Source of the DNA: an uncultured Dehalococcoidia bacterium
GTDB taxonomy: Bacteria; Chloroflexota; Dehalococcoidia; Lucifugimonadales; UBA826
Length of the DNA stretch: 64,000 bases
Assembly: GCA_964409595.1 (NCBI GenBank)
Contig: CAYPDR010000021.1
Location: 11,336-75,335, forward strand
Direction of reading: 5' to 3'
This document shows, in pieces, positions 20,095 to 29,864 of the stretch (positions are counted from its first letter, which is position 1; each line of letters begins with the position of its first letter). The notes under the pieces are model-generated. The model saw nothing but the letters and a program-made list of their open reading frames with translations. It was not told the DNA's origin and did not search any database. Both the position numbers and the translations under genes were made by a program.

Positions 20095-21231
20095 ATGACA
20101 ACTAAAAACTCTGATAAGACATTAGTAGTCGTGCAGCTAACTGGCGGTAACGACTTCATGAATACAATAGTTCCTTATACAAACAGTCACTACTATGATG
20201 CCAGAAAAAAAATCGTGCTAGGCCAAGATGACTTTCTACCTATCAATGACACCCTCGCTATAAACAAGAATGCTGCACCTTTTAAAAGGCTTTACGACGA
20301 AGGGAAAATGGCCATAATTCAAGGAATTGGATATCCCAATTCGAATAGATCTCATTTCAGAGGTATGGACATTTGGCACACCTGTGAACCTGATAGAGTT
20401 GGAAGCGAAGGCTGGCTTGGGCTCGCCGTAAGGGAACTGGATCCGAAAGGAGAGAATGTCCTTACGGGTGTAAATATCGGCCAAGGCCTACCTCGCGCTA
20501 TGGCAGTGGCAGGAGTTCCTGTTACTTCTATCAGCGATCTGGAAGGCTACGGAGTGATGAACCGGATAGAACAGGATCAATTGAGAGAAAAGGCGCTCCA
20601 GGCTTTCAAAGATATCTACGGTCAAGCAGTGGGCACAGGAGTTGTTTCAGAGTACATAGGAAAAACAGGCCTCGATGTGCTGAGAGGAGCTGACATGCTC
20701 TCAGATGTCGCTAGAGAATATGAATCGACCGTCGAATACGCGGACAACTCCATTTCAAAGAGTCTTAGAGATGTTGCAAGGGTCCATTTTAGCGGCTTAG
20801 GTACTCGTGTGTTTTACACTAATCACGGTGGATACGACACTCATGCTAATGAAATGCCCTCTCATCCAAAACTTATGTCCGATTTGTCTGGAGCCATATC
20901 TGACTTCATAGACGATTTGGAAGAGCATAATGCATCGGATGATGTCGCCATCCTGGTATTTACGGAATTCGGTAGACGCATGAGGGACAATGGCAGTGGG
21001 ACCGACCACGGATCGGGCGGAGGAGCATTCCTATTCGGCAAGAAAGTAAAGGGAGGACTTTATTCAGAATATCCTTCCTTGGATCCAGCAGAATGGGAAC
21101 ATGGAGAGGATCTGCGACACACTATAGACTTTAGAGGAATCTATGGAACCGTATTAGAGCAGTGGCTAGGATTGGAATCACGACCAATCGTTAAGGGCGA
21201 TTTCGAACAGATATCGCCTTTTTATTTATAG
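20095..21231 (+). CDS. DUF1501 family protein without N-terminal Tat peptide
   Basis: LVVVQLTGGNDFMNT, NRSHF, GGYDTH, TEFGRR, NGSGTDHG, DFRGIY. Confidence 0.9.
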   Translation: MTTKNSDKTLVVVQLTGGNDFMNTIVPYTNSHYYDARKKIVLGQDDFLPINDTLAINKNAAPFKRLYDEGKMAIIQGIGYPNSNRSHFRGMDIWHTCEPDRVGSEGWLGLAVRELDPKGENVLTGVNIGQGLPRAMAVAGVPVTSISDLEGYGVMNRIEQDQLREKALQAFKDIYGQAVGTGVVSEYIGKTGLDVLRGADMLSDVAREYESTVEYADNSISKSLRDVARVHFSGLGTRVFYTNHGGYDTHANEMPSHPKLMSDLSGAISDFIDDLEEHNASDDVAILVFTEFGRRMRDNGSGTDHGSGGGAFLFGKKVKGGLYSEYPSLDPAEWEHGEDLRHTIDFRGIYGTVLEQWLGLESRPIVKGDFEQISPFYL

Positions 21232-21250
21232 TGGAGGACAGTAAATCAAC

Positions 21251-22276
21251 ATGGCAAGACCACACGGAATACTAAGAGCTGGATTCCCATATTTAACCAC
21301 TCTGGGAATGCGGCGAGTTAGCAATTTCCCTACAGATATAGCTTTCGGACCGGATGAGACTGTCTATATTTTGATGAGATCTGACACCGCTTTAGTCCGG
21401 ATATGGTCAGTTAATGACCAGGACGAACTTACGGACGATTTAAAAGGGTTCGGAAGTTATGGGAGTGAAGACGGGCAGTTCGTCTGGCCCGTGAATATTA
21501 TCTCTGGCCCGGATAGTGACCTTTTCATAAGCGACGAATGGAACAACCGTATTACAAGATTTGATGCAGAAGGCAAATTCATAAGTAAGTTCGGGACGGA
21601 GGGTGATGCGGAAGGCGAATTTCGCGGACCTTCGGGTATCGCCTTCGACCACGAGGATAATATAGTCGTCGTCGACTCAAAAAACCACAGAGTCCAGAAA
21701 TATACTGCATCTGGCGATTACCTGAGCGAATTCGGAGTCAATGGCGACCAAGAAGGGGAATTAGACCTTCCCTGGGGGATAGATATCGACGAAGCTGGGG
21801 ATATCTATGTGGCTGACTGGGGTAATAATCGTGTGCAAATATTTTCGGCTGAAGGTGAGTTCAAAAAATCCTTCGGGGAACTAGGATCAGGTGAAGGACA
21901 ATTTAATCGGCCAACGGGAGTTAGCGTAGACGCTCATGGAGATATATATGTAGCCGATTGGGGAAACAACAGAGTGCTCCAGTTCAACTCTGAAGGCCAA
22001 TACATCTGGGGTTTTACCGGAGACGCCACATTATCGAAAGTAGCCAGAAACTACATGTTAACAAATGCAGTTTCAAATCGACTACGAGAGGCCGGTAGAA
22101 TCGAGCACGAAAGATATCTGAGAAGACCGAGATCCGTTCGCGTTGACAGTAAATTCAGACTATTCATACCAGACTATGAGTCATACAGAATTCAAGTTTA
22201 CCAAAAAGACTTCCTTGAGCTCGATGAAACCCAATTCGCAGCTCCCCTAAGAAACCCTACTCTTGAGGTGACCTAA
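21251..22276 (+). CDS. NHL-repeat six-bladed beta-propeller protein (copy 2)
   Basis: Repeated GxxxG(Q/E)FxxPxG...DIYVADWGNNRV units. SD GGAGG, 19 nt after the DUF1501 stop. Confidence 0.9.
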   Translation: MARPHGILRAGFPYLTTLGMRRVSNFPTDIAFGPDETVYILMRSDTALVRIWSVNDQDELTDDLKGFGSYGSEDGQFVWPVNIISGPDSDLFISDEWNNRITRFDAEGKFISKFGTEGDAEGEFRGPSGIAFDHEDNIVVVDSKNHRVQKYTASGDYLSEFGVNGDQEGELDLPWGIDIDEAGDIYVADWGNNRVQIFSAEGEFKKSFGELGSGEGQFNRPTGVSVDAHGDIYVADWGNNRVLQFNSEGQYIWGFTGDATLSKVARNYMLTNAVSNRLREAGRIEHERYLRRPRSVRVDSKFRLFIPDYESYRIQVYQKDFLELDETQFAAPLRNPTLEVT

Positions 22277-22319
22277 TCTTTGATTGGAACCTGATGAACC
22301 GAACAGTGTAGTTACTCTG

Positions 22320-23264
22320 CTAAATATAAACAGCTATGCGACCGAATAGCTTTCTCAGTCTTGCCTTGTCTGACTCAGGTAAAAAAGGTCTCTCCAAGGC
22401 AGATATATTATCCTCCAAATGGGAAATTGATGAAGTCCCAGTTAACACAGTAGACACCGCAGGATGGTCGGCGGCAAACCTGTACCCGGCCTCTATGATT
22501 GACCTTACATCACCACGGATAACCCAATCTAAAGAACCTTCGTCAGAGATATCGTCGACAGCGATAAGACCCTGCGACTTCCAAAGCCGTATTTGTTCTG
22601 AAAGTAACACTGGATCGGGCAATTTCTCCCTTATGACCGCCATGTTAATGACCCCTACATTGTGTAAGCTGCAAAGTGGCAAGGCCTCATTTGCGGCATA
22701 TTGATTCAATATGCCGTATTTGAGCATCACCGTGTCCCAAAGTTGAGGGTGATTTTTCAACGCCATAGTCACCACCCTATGATCTGGTTCAACTTTGAAT
22801 TGTTCACTAAATCCTATGAACCGTATCTTTCCATCTCGCCTAGCAGCGTCCATGACCGGATAAATTCGATCAATTACTTCAAAATAATCTTGAGAATTCA
22901 GAACGTGAAATTGCATCACGTCAATGCAATCTATTTTCAATTTCTGGATAGACCGGTCGATAGATGAAGCGAGATCCTCCGGATCACGAATTCTCCCGTC
23001 GGCCGTTTTGTAAAAGCACTTGCTCGCAAGGTAATAAGAATCTCTGGGTATACCAGACAAGGCTCTACCCAGAATACTCTCGCTGTCTCCATACACTTCT
23101 GAGGTATCTATGAAATTAACTCCCAGATCCAAGGCACGTCTTACAAGACGATCCTGATCATTTTCAGTGAGTCCAGTCGTTTGACCTAGTTGACTAGGTC
23201 CGCCTGAACCGAGACTTACCAAAGATACTTTCAATCCTGTCTTACCAAGAATGCGATATTTCAT
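22320..23264 (-). CDS. Aldo/keto reductase
   Basis: MKYRILGKTGLKVS, GVNFIDTSEVYG, DVMQFH, GKIRFIGFS. Confidence 0.88.
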   Translation of the reverse strand: MKYRILGKTGLKVSLVSLGSGGPSQLGQTTGLTENDQDRLVRRALDLGVNFIDTSEVYGDSESILGRALSGIPRDSYYLASKCFYKTADGRIRDPEDLASSIDRSIQKLKIDCIDVMQFHVLNSQDYFEVIDRIYPVMDAARRDGKIRFIGFSEQFKVEPDHRVVTMALKNHPQLWDTVMLKYGILNQYAANEALPLCSLHNVGVINMAVIREKLPDPVLLSEQIRLWKSQGLIAVDDISDEGSLDWVIRGDVRSIIEAGYRFAADHPAVSTVLTGTSSISHLEDNISALERPFLPESDKARLRKLFGRIAVYI

Positions 23265-23391
23265 ATTCTATTTGTTCACTTTCATATCGTTATGGAAATT
23301 ATTAGGAAGGATCAGGAAGGTTTCCTGATCTGGCAGATCTCTAGAGCAATATTTGACCCAATTTCGAAAACTCACGATATAGCTTACTTAA

Positions 23392-23706
23392 TCAGTCTAT
23401 TGGAATGGCTATTGACAGGCGGGGTACATCTCCGATCGCTCTTGTGGTATGCCCTTGCCCTTCGAGATCCTCCGCCAACATCATATCTCCAGGCCCGAGA
23501 ATGTAAATGGAGCCATCACCAAGCCCAATCTCGACTTGACCTTCCAAAGTGACTATAAACTGTCTTCTAGGTGCGACGTGCCAATCTATGAAGTTACCTG
23601 ACTCATGTCTCCTAAACACAACTGAGGTGGCCGGCAATATATCCGGAGGGTCATATTCCTCCATATGTGACTGCCCATCATCTCCATCGTAAAGCCGATA
23701 AAACAT
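23392..23706 (-). CDS. Small cupin-fold protein
   Basis: DWHVAPRRQFIVTLEG, PGDMMLAEDLEGQGH. Confidence 0.75.
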   Translation of the reverse strand: MFYRLYDGDDGQSHMEEYDPPDILPATSVVFRRHESGNFIDWHVAPRRQFIVTLEGQVEIGLGDGSIYILGPGDMMLAEDLEGQGHTTRAIGDVPRLSIAIPID

Positions 23707-23740
23707 AAATCCACCTATCTCTTCTACTTATTTTATAGCG

Positions 23741-24493
23741 CTATCTAGCCGTTAAGCCTCCGTCAACGGTTAACTCTACACCGGTGATGTAGGAGGCCTC
23801 GTCCGAGGCTAGAAAAAGCACAGCGTTCGCGACCTCTTCCACCAACCCAAACCTGTTCATAGGGACCTCTTTGAGCATTACCTCCCTAGTTTCAGGTGCG
23901 GCGGTCCCTACTGAAGTTGTCATAGGTGGCATCATCCCAGGGTGAACAGAATTCACCCTTATTCCTTTAGCCGCATATTGAACTGCGGCCGACTTCGTCA
24001 TGATTCTCACAGCGCCCTTGGACGCGTTGTATCCCATATGTGTATATTCTTGCCCAACCATACCTGATATAGAAGAGATATTAACTATAGAGCCAGAACC
24101 GGATTTCAACATCGGCTCCACAGCATATTTAATCCCGAGGAATACCCCTCTTGCATTAACTCGCATAAGCCTGTCATATGCCTCTAAACTCATAAGATCA
24201 GGTTGATAGGAGCCACTGATGCCAGCATTATTTACTAGAATGTCTAGATCCCCAAGATTGCTAGTAACGCGTTCAATCAAGGATACCCATTGGCTTTCTT
24301 CAGTAACATCTAATTTCTCAAATATCGCTGTACCTCCCGATGATTCAATCTGCTTTACAACTTCCATACCTTCCGTCTGCTGTAAATCCGCCACGACCAC
24401 GGTTGAACCTTGAGCCGCAAATAACCTCGCTTCCTCCGCCCCCATCCCATTGGCTCCACCAGTAATTATGGAAATTTTTTCAGACAATCTCAT
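23741..24493 (-). CDS. Short-chain dehydrogenase/reductase (cyclopentanol/hydroxysteroid dehydrogenase-like)
   Basis: TGGANGMG, NNAG, YNASKGAV, RVNSVHPG. Confidence 0.9.
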   Translation of the reverse strand: MRLSEKISIITGGANGMGAEEARLFAAQGSTVVVADLQQTEGMEVVKQIESSGGTAIFEKLDVTEESQWVSLIERVTSNLGDLDILVNNAGISGSYQPDLMSLEAYDRLMRVNARGVFLGIKYAVEPMLKSGSGSIVNISSISGMVGQEYTHMGYNASKGAVRIMTKSAAVQYAAKGIRVNSVHPGMMPPMTTSVGTAAPETREVMLKEVPMNRFGLVEEVANAVLFLASDEASYITGVELTVDGGLTAR

Positions 24494-24530
24494 TTGATCT
24501 ACCTTCTCCTATAAATCGCTCTTATTTCAT

Positions 24531-25316
24531 TTATCTGTCAGGACTAAGCAACGTCACACCGCCATCACCAGTTAAAACTACTCCGGTCACCCACTTAGAT
24601 TCATCACTGGCCAAAAACATGGCCGCCATTGCAATGTCTCATGGCGTCCCTTCAGTTCCCAAAGGAGAAGCCTTTCTCCTTGCTTCCCTTCGTTTCTGAG
24701 ACATCCCTTCAGCGGTCATCGAAGAATAGACAGGACCAGGAAGTATGCAATTGACCCGAATACCATCCTTGGCATGGTCAACCGCCATCGCTTTCGTCAA
24801 AGCGATTACTCCACCCTTTGACACCGTATAAGGAGTAAGCCCTCTAGGCCTAATTGCTGATATGGAAGAAATATTTATTATTGAGCCTCCTCCACCTGAG
24901 GCCATAGCTGGCACCGCATATTTGCTAGTGAGCATCATCGACTTCACATTGACTGACATCACGTTATCCCAATCATCGGGGTCGGCCTCTACCACCGTTC
25001 CAAAACCACCTATACCAACGTTGTTGTGGAGAACATCGAGAGTACCATATCGTCCTATGGCTTCATCTGTTATAGCTCTACAAGTATCTTCACAAACGAC
25101 ATCTCCAACGAAAACCGATGCCTCTCCCCTTTCATTCTTAATACCATCGAGAGTTCTATGGGCATTTTCTTCTACGGAGTCCACAAGCAATACCCTAGCA
25201 CCATTTCGAGCAAAAATAGTAGCTACTGCCTACCCATTCCCCACTGTGTTTCCGCGAGACCCTGATCCCGTCACAATTGCAACTTTACCCTCCATACGTC
25301 CCATCTGCGTTTTCAT
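24531..25316 (-). pseudogene. SDR pseudogene with two in-frame stops (TAG 25230-25232; TGA 24639-24641)
   Basis: Reading through both stops gives MKTQMGRMEGKVAIVTGSGSRGNTVGNG*AVATIFARNGA...YTVSKGG...GTEGTP*DIAMAAMFLASDESKWVTGVVLTGDGGVTLLSPDR, a complete SDR. Confidence 0.85.
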
Positions 25317-25347
25317 GAAAATTACACTTTGTCGGATAATACTTTTT

Positions 25348-26124
25348 TTATTTATTAGAGGTAAGATCCCTGAAAGCGTTTACCCCGGTCTCCGCAGCAG
25401 CCGACAGTAGAGCATAGTCTGGGCCGTAACTGACAAAGGTTACCCCTTGGTCAAGCCGGCGAGATATATCTGTTGGTGAAGAAGCTCCTGCCCCCGCTGC
25501 ACAAGAATTGTTTTTAGATACCCTGACCAGACTGGATACTATGTCATCAATCTCTTTATGAGGTTGCGAGAGTGGGTCCAATCCCAGAGCTAGACACATA
25601 TCCCACGGACCAATGTAAACCACATCGACTCCAGGAACATCGGCTATGTTTTGCAAATTTTGTACTGCTTCAGCGGTCTCGATTATTAAAACAACAAGGA
25701 TGTTTTCATTCGCATGTCGTAAATAGTCCGAGTTATCAAAAGTGTATTTGGAGGCTCTCAACGGCCCCCAACTCCTTGTGCCATTTGGAGGAAAACGCGT
25801 GGCCCTCACTATTTCCATCGCTTCTTCGACAGTTTTAACAGAAGGGACAACAATTCCCATAGCACCAAGGTCGAGAGCCCTTTGTATATAAACCTTATCC
25901 GAAGATGGGATTCTTACAATTGGAATAGCATCAGTGTTCCCCACAGCCATTAAGATATGTTCTATTTCAGCAGAGTCTAGGGCATTATGCTCAGATTCAA
26001 TTACGACGAAGTCAAACCCTGCATTTCCCATAAGTTCTGCTACATTCGGGCTCTGCAATCCGACAAAAGGACCAATCACAGGTTTACCTTCAGATAGCCT
26101 TCGCCTCACTTCATTCCTTCGCAT
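25348..26124 (-). CDS. HpcH/HpaI class II aldolase (GarL/RhmA-like)
   Basis: GFDFVVIESEH, RALDLGAMGIVVP, RFPPNGTRS, IIET, GPWDM. Confidence 0.88.
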   Translation of the reverse strand: MRRNEVRRRLSEGKPVIGPFVGLQSPNVAELMGNAGFDFVVIESEHNALDSAEIEHILMAVGNTDAIPIVRIPSSDKVYIQRALDLGAMGIVVPSVKTVEEAMEIVRATRFPPNGTRSWGPLRASKYTFDNSDYLRHANENILVVLIIETAEAVQNLQNIADVPGVDVVYIGPWDMCLALGLDPLSQPHKEIDDIVSSLVRVSKNNSCAAGAGASSPTDISRRLDQGVTFVSYGPDYALLSAAAETGVNAFRDLTSNK

Positions 26125-26170
26125 TTAAAACTCCTTCATATGCACCTGGAACTACTCAAAAGAAGTCCAG

Positions 26171-26920
26171 TTATTGGGCTATATAACCTCCATCAATAAC
26201 TAACTCAGTACCCGTAATAAACGATGCTTCATCGGATGAAAGAAACAAGACCCCGTAGGCTGCCTCTATTGATTGCCCTGATCTCCGGAGAGGGGTTTGT
26301 AATATGTATCTATCTCTAGCACCGTCTGTGGCATGATTTGCGGATGACATGGGAGGCATGAACCCTGGATGAACTGAATTAACTCTCACTCCATGAGGTC
26401 CATATTTTACTGCCATCGCTTTACTAAATATTCGGACAGCCCCTTTTGAGGCATGGTATGCAGGGTGCCCATATTCACCACCGACGAACCCCATTATGGA
26501 GGAAATATTCACTATTGATCCTCCCCCTTGGTCTTTCATTAGTTCAGCTACTGTTTTAGTACCGAGAAACACTCCTGTGGCATTAACATCCATAATCATG
26601 TGCCACGCTTCTGTACTTAAAAGATCATCCGCCGAAGTACCACTCAATCCGGCATTATTTACTAATATATCGACTGCACCGTAATTCCTTTGGGTTTCTT
26701 CTACTAACTCCACCCAATCAGATTCTCGTCTGACATCACAATGGAAGTATTGAGCGATTCCTCCGTTGCGACGTATATCACTTACTAATGACTCACCTGA
26801 CGAAGAATCTATGTCACATGCAATAACCTTGGCACCTTCCAATGCAAACAGCTTAGCCTCAGATGCACCCATGCCTTTGCTAGCACCAGTAATAATTGCA
26901 GTTTTACCTTCTAATCGCAT
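26171..26920 (-). CDS. Short-chain dehydrogenase/reductase
   Basis: TGASKGMG, NNAG, YHASKGAV, RVNSVHPG. Close paralog of 23741-24493. Confidence 0.9.
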   Translation of the reverse strand: MRLEGKTAIITGASKGMGASEAKLFALEGAKVIACDIDSSSGESLVSDIRRNGGIAQYFHCDVRRESDWVELVEETQRNYGAVDILVNNAGLSGTSADDLLSTEAWHMIMDVNATGVFLGTKTVAELMKDQGGGSIVNISSIMGFVGGEYGHPAYHASKGAVRIFSKAMAVKYGPHGVRVNSVHPGFMPPMSSANHATDGARDRYILQTPLRRSGQSIEAAYGVLFLSSDEASFITGTELVIDGGYIAQ

Positions 26921-27002
26921 ACGTATTTGCCCTCAGCGACCGCATAGAGTATTGGGATGTACAGCATATATACATTAATTATAAAAAATCCCAAGAAAAC
27001 TT

Positions 27003-27929
27003 TTAGTTAGAATATTTTCCTCCCACTTGAGGAGTAGGTGAATCAAATCCCAATTCTTCCCTTTCAAGCCGGGTCTCTCGCCTCCACTCTCTTTTTAAAT
27101 TGTCTCTAACACCTATATGTAGATGCCCCAATCCTTGAGTTTCAAGTTCAATATTGTCCCCGTCCATTATTGGGCTCAATCCCCGATGATTAGTGCCTGT
27201 AGCAACAACATCCCCAGGCTCTAAAGTGTGGACAGATGTCACCCATTCAATAACTCTGGGAATTTTATGCGCCATATCATCTGTATTGAAGTTCTGTTTC
27301 AACACGCCGTTGATTGAAAGTTGTATTTGAAGTTGCTGAGGGTCGTTAATCTCATCAGCAGTTACCAGGTAAGGTCCCATCGGGGCAAAAGTGTCCCTAG
27401 ATTTCATTTGAAAAAAAACGCCTCCCCCTTCAGAGAGTCCACGGGCAGACATATCGATGAAATTCATGTACCCGAAAATATGATCATATGCATTTTCAGC
27501 TTTGACGTTCGATGCCTTTTTTCCAATTACCAGAGCCATCTCCGCTTCTGGTTCGAAAATGGCCGCTGGAACATCCGGCAAAACGATCACTCCTCCGTCC
27601 GGCAAAACAGTATTCGGTGACTTATGAAAGGCATTTATGGGAGCAGGAGCATCCCTAGTTCCGTCCTCCATGTAATTAACAGCCATACAAACGATGTTAT
27701 GTGGCTTCGGAGTTGGCGAATCGAAGGCTACTGAAGATATCGGAACACCCTCTCGAGAGTCAACCAGTTGTTGAATAGGCTTAATATATTCTTCGAAAGA
27801 AATTATAACCCTGTTAAGTAAACCTTGCGCATGGTCGTGTTCGTTCACAGGGACCGCGTCAGATATATCAACCATCCGATCCCCTTTAACGACTCCCAAA
27901 GTATGATTGTTGAAAAAAGCTAATTTCAT
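27003..27929 (-). CDS. Fumarylacetoacetate hydrolase family protein
   Basis: VNY, EPEAEMALVIGK, DMSAR, KSRDTFAPMGP, LEPGDVVATGT. Confidence 0.88.
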   Translation of the reverse strand: MKLAFFNNHTLGVVKGDRMVDISDAVPVNEHDHAQGLLNRVIISFEEYIKPIQQLVDSREGVPISSVAFDSPTPKPHNIVCMAVNYMEDGTRDAPAPINAFHKSPNTVLPDGGVIVLPDVPAAIFEPEAEMALVIGKKASNVKAENAYDHIFGYMNFIDMSARGLSEGGGVFFQMKSRDTFAPMGPYLVTADEINDPQQLQIQLSINGVLKQNFNTDDMAHKIPRVIEWVTSVHTLEPGDVVATGTNHRGLSPIMDGDNIELETQGLGHLHIGVRDNLKREWRRETRLEREELGFDSPTPQVGGKYSN

Positions 27930-28511
27930 GACTACCTCCTCGGTCTATTGCGAACAAGATAACAGAGGTCACCAACGAGAATCCAACAAAAGGGAGTGAC
28001 GATCAACTTTCGCCCTTCAAAATTTCTCCGAAAGTGCCCTAGGCTGAACGTCCATTGGATCGATATAGCCAGCGCTTGCCTCTCCAAAGGAGCCTCACCG
28101 TCCAAGAGCCAAAACCTATTCAAAGCTAAGACTGCCATAAATTACTTCAATAAATCTCCCGGATTCTGGTCGCTAAAAAAGAGTCGGGCTTTCTAGGAAA
28201 TTACCTCGCAAAATCCCTAGCATGAGATGGACTACATTCGAATAAACAATCCTCTAATTCGCAAAGGTATTGGATATGAAGGATGTATCTTAGGGCTCCT
28301 CGGTTAAAGATCTTTCGACCCACTTTCAATAAATTGGCGTGTACCTTTATGAACCCAGTGTAAGCTATCCCAGCATATCAACCGTTTTCAAGAAATCTTT
28401 CGTTTTTGGTTCTTTACCCAAGTCTACAGATACAATTAGGGTGAAAGTTTCTGATCCTGTTTCCAACATTGGTTAAATCCAGCAGATACATATAATGTAG
28501 AGAGAACCTCC

Positions 28512-29864
28512 ATGAACATATTACGACTCATATCTGCAGTCATTTTCGGTGCATTATTCGTTCAAGGAATCCTGTTGGTTTTAACAGTCGAATCGGCAGC
28601 ACCCTCAATTATGAAAGTAGAAATTAGAGGATCCATCCAGCCATCAACCGCTTCTTATATAAAGCGGGCCGTGTCTGAGGCCAGCAAAAGAAATTCTGTG
28701 GCACTTTTGATTGAATTAGACACTCCTGGCGGCATGCTCGGTCCCACACGGTCGATAGTAACATCGATCCTATCATCCGAAGTGCCTGTGATCGTTTTCG
28801 TGACACCTTCGGGTGCAAGGGCTGGATCAGCTGGCACGTTTATTGTTGCGGCCTCTCATGTAGCCGCTATGTCACCTGCCACAAATATAGGTGCCGCAAC
28901 CCCCGTGGGAGTAAATGGGGAAGATCTCGATGACACGATGAAATCGAAATCATCGCAGGACGCTGCGGCTCTACTGCGGAGCATCTCGGAAAATCGGGGC
29001 CGACCCACGACCCCTTTCGAGGAAACAGTTATTAGATCCGCTTCATTCACCTCGAACGAGGCCCTACAAGCAGGTATCATCGATTTCATAGCCGCGGATA
29101 CGCAAATGCTTGTTGAGAAAATAGATGGCTCGGTGATAAATATAGCCCACGAGGCCATCACATTAGATATATCTAATGCACCCGTGGAGGAGTTGAGACG
29201 CAGCTTGCTGGAAAGGTTCTTAGACGCAGTAGGAAACCCTAACATAACTTTCGTATTGCTTACGGTGGGAAGCATCGCACTAACTTTAGAGTTTGTGCAA
29301 CCCGGGATCTTGGTAGGTGGGTTCGTTGGAATCTTAGCGATGGCGGTCGCATTCGTGGGAATGGGACAATTACCAGTTAACTGGGTAGGAGTAGCTCTGT
29401 TAACGGCGTCTTTAGTTCTATTTTTCATTGAAGCGCAAGCCCCCGGATTAGGACTTTATATCACTGGCGGGATATTATGTTTTCTTCTAGGAGCATTCTT
29501 GCTTTTCGGCGGACTTTCTCCACCTCCCATTAATGGCCCATCGTTCCGTGTAAGTACATGGGTCATAGGAACGTCAGGTCTAGTATTGGCAGGTTCACTG
29601 TCTCTTGCGATCAAAGCGTTCGCGGAAGCGGCAAGTGATAGCTCTACTTCCCACACATCTGGGGTAGTTGGCTCCGTCGGAGTAGTTGAAGCAAGGCTTG
29701 ACCCAACTGGTTTGGTGAAAGTGCAGTCTGAGGTGTGGAGTGCTGAAACGTCAGATTCCAATCAAGAAATTGATGAAGGAGAATCAGTTATCGTAACGAA
29801 AATGAAGGGCCTGAAAATATACGTTTCCAAATTATCAGGTGAACAAGGAGGAGATAGAAAATGA
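28512..29864 (+). CDS. nfeD: Long-form NfeD membrane-bound ClpP-class serine protease
   Basis: N-terminal hydrophobic segment, LDTPGG, AGSAG, TNIGAATPV, multi-TM core, C-terminal OB-fold NfeD domain. Confidence 0.85.
   Translation: MNILRLISAVIFGALFVQGILLVLTVESAAPSIMKVEIRGSIQPSTASYIKRAVSEASKRNSVALLIELDTPGGMLGPTRSIVTSILSSEVPVIVFVTPSGARAGSAGTFIVAASHVAAMSPATNIGAATPVGVNGEDLDDTMKSKSSQDAAALLRSISENRGRPTTPFEETVIRSASFTSNEALQAGIIDFIAADTQMLVEKIDGSVINIAHEAITLDISNAPVEELRRSLLERFLDAVGNPNITFVLLTVGSIALTLEFVQPGILVGGFVGILAMAVAFVGMGQLPVNWVGVALLTASLVLFFIEAQAPGLGLYITGGILCFLLGAFLLFGGLSPPPINGPSFRVSTWVIGTSGLVLAGSLSLAIKAFAEAASDSSTSHTSGVVGSVGVVEARLDPTGLVKVQSEVWSAETSDSNQEIDEGESVIVTKMKGLKIYVSKLSGEQGGDRK

Noticed and set aside
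13080-22276. Repeats in NHL genes and similarity between DUF1800 copies read as CRISPR, DGR or recent tandem duplication
   Set aside because: Similarity is at protein-motif level with many synonymous differences. There are no identical spaced repeats, no reverse transcriptase and no adenine-specific variation pattern.
2183-25232. Alternative genetic code, pyrrolysine or selenocysteine as the explanation for the in-frame TAG/TGA codons
   Set aside because: TAG and TGA end many intact genes here at their expected C-termini (for example 21231 TAG, 44475 TGA). The internal stops are each one substitution from the expected residue, and no pyl or sel genes are in the window.
24862-25410. 182-aa ORF antisense to the SDR pseudogene
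   Set aside because: In-register antisense shadow, as seen opposite other SDRs in this window; no independent evidence of coding.
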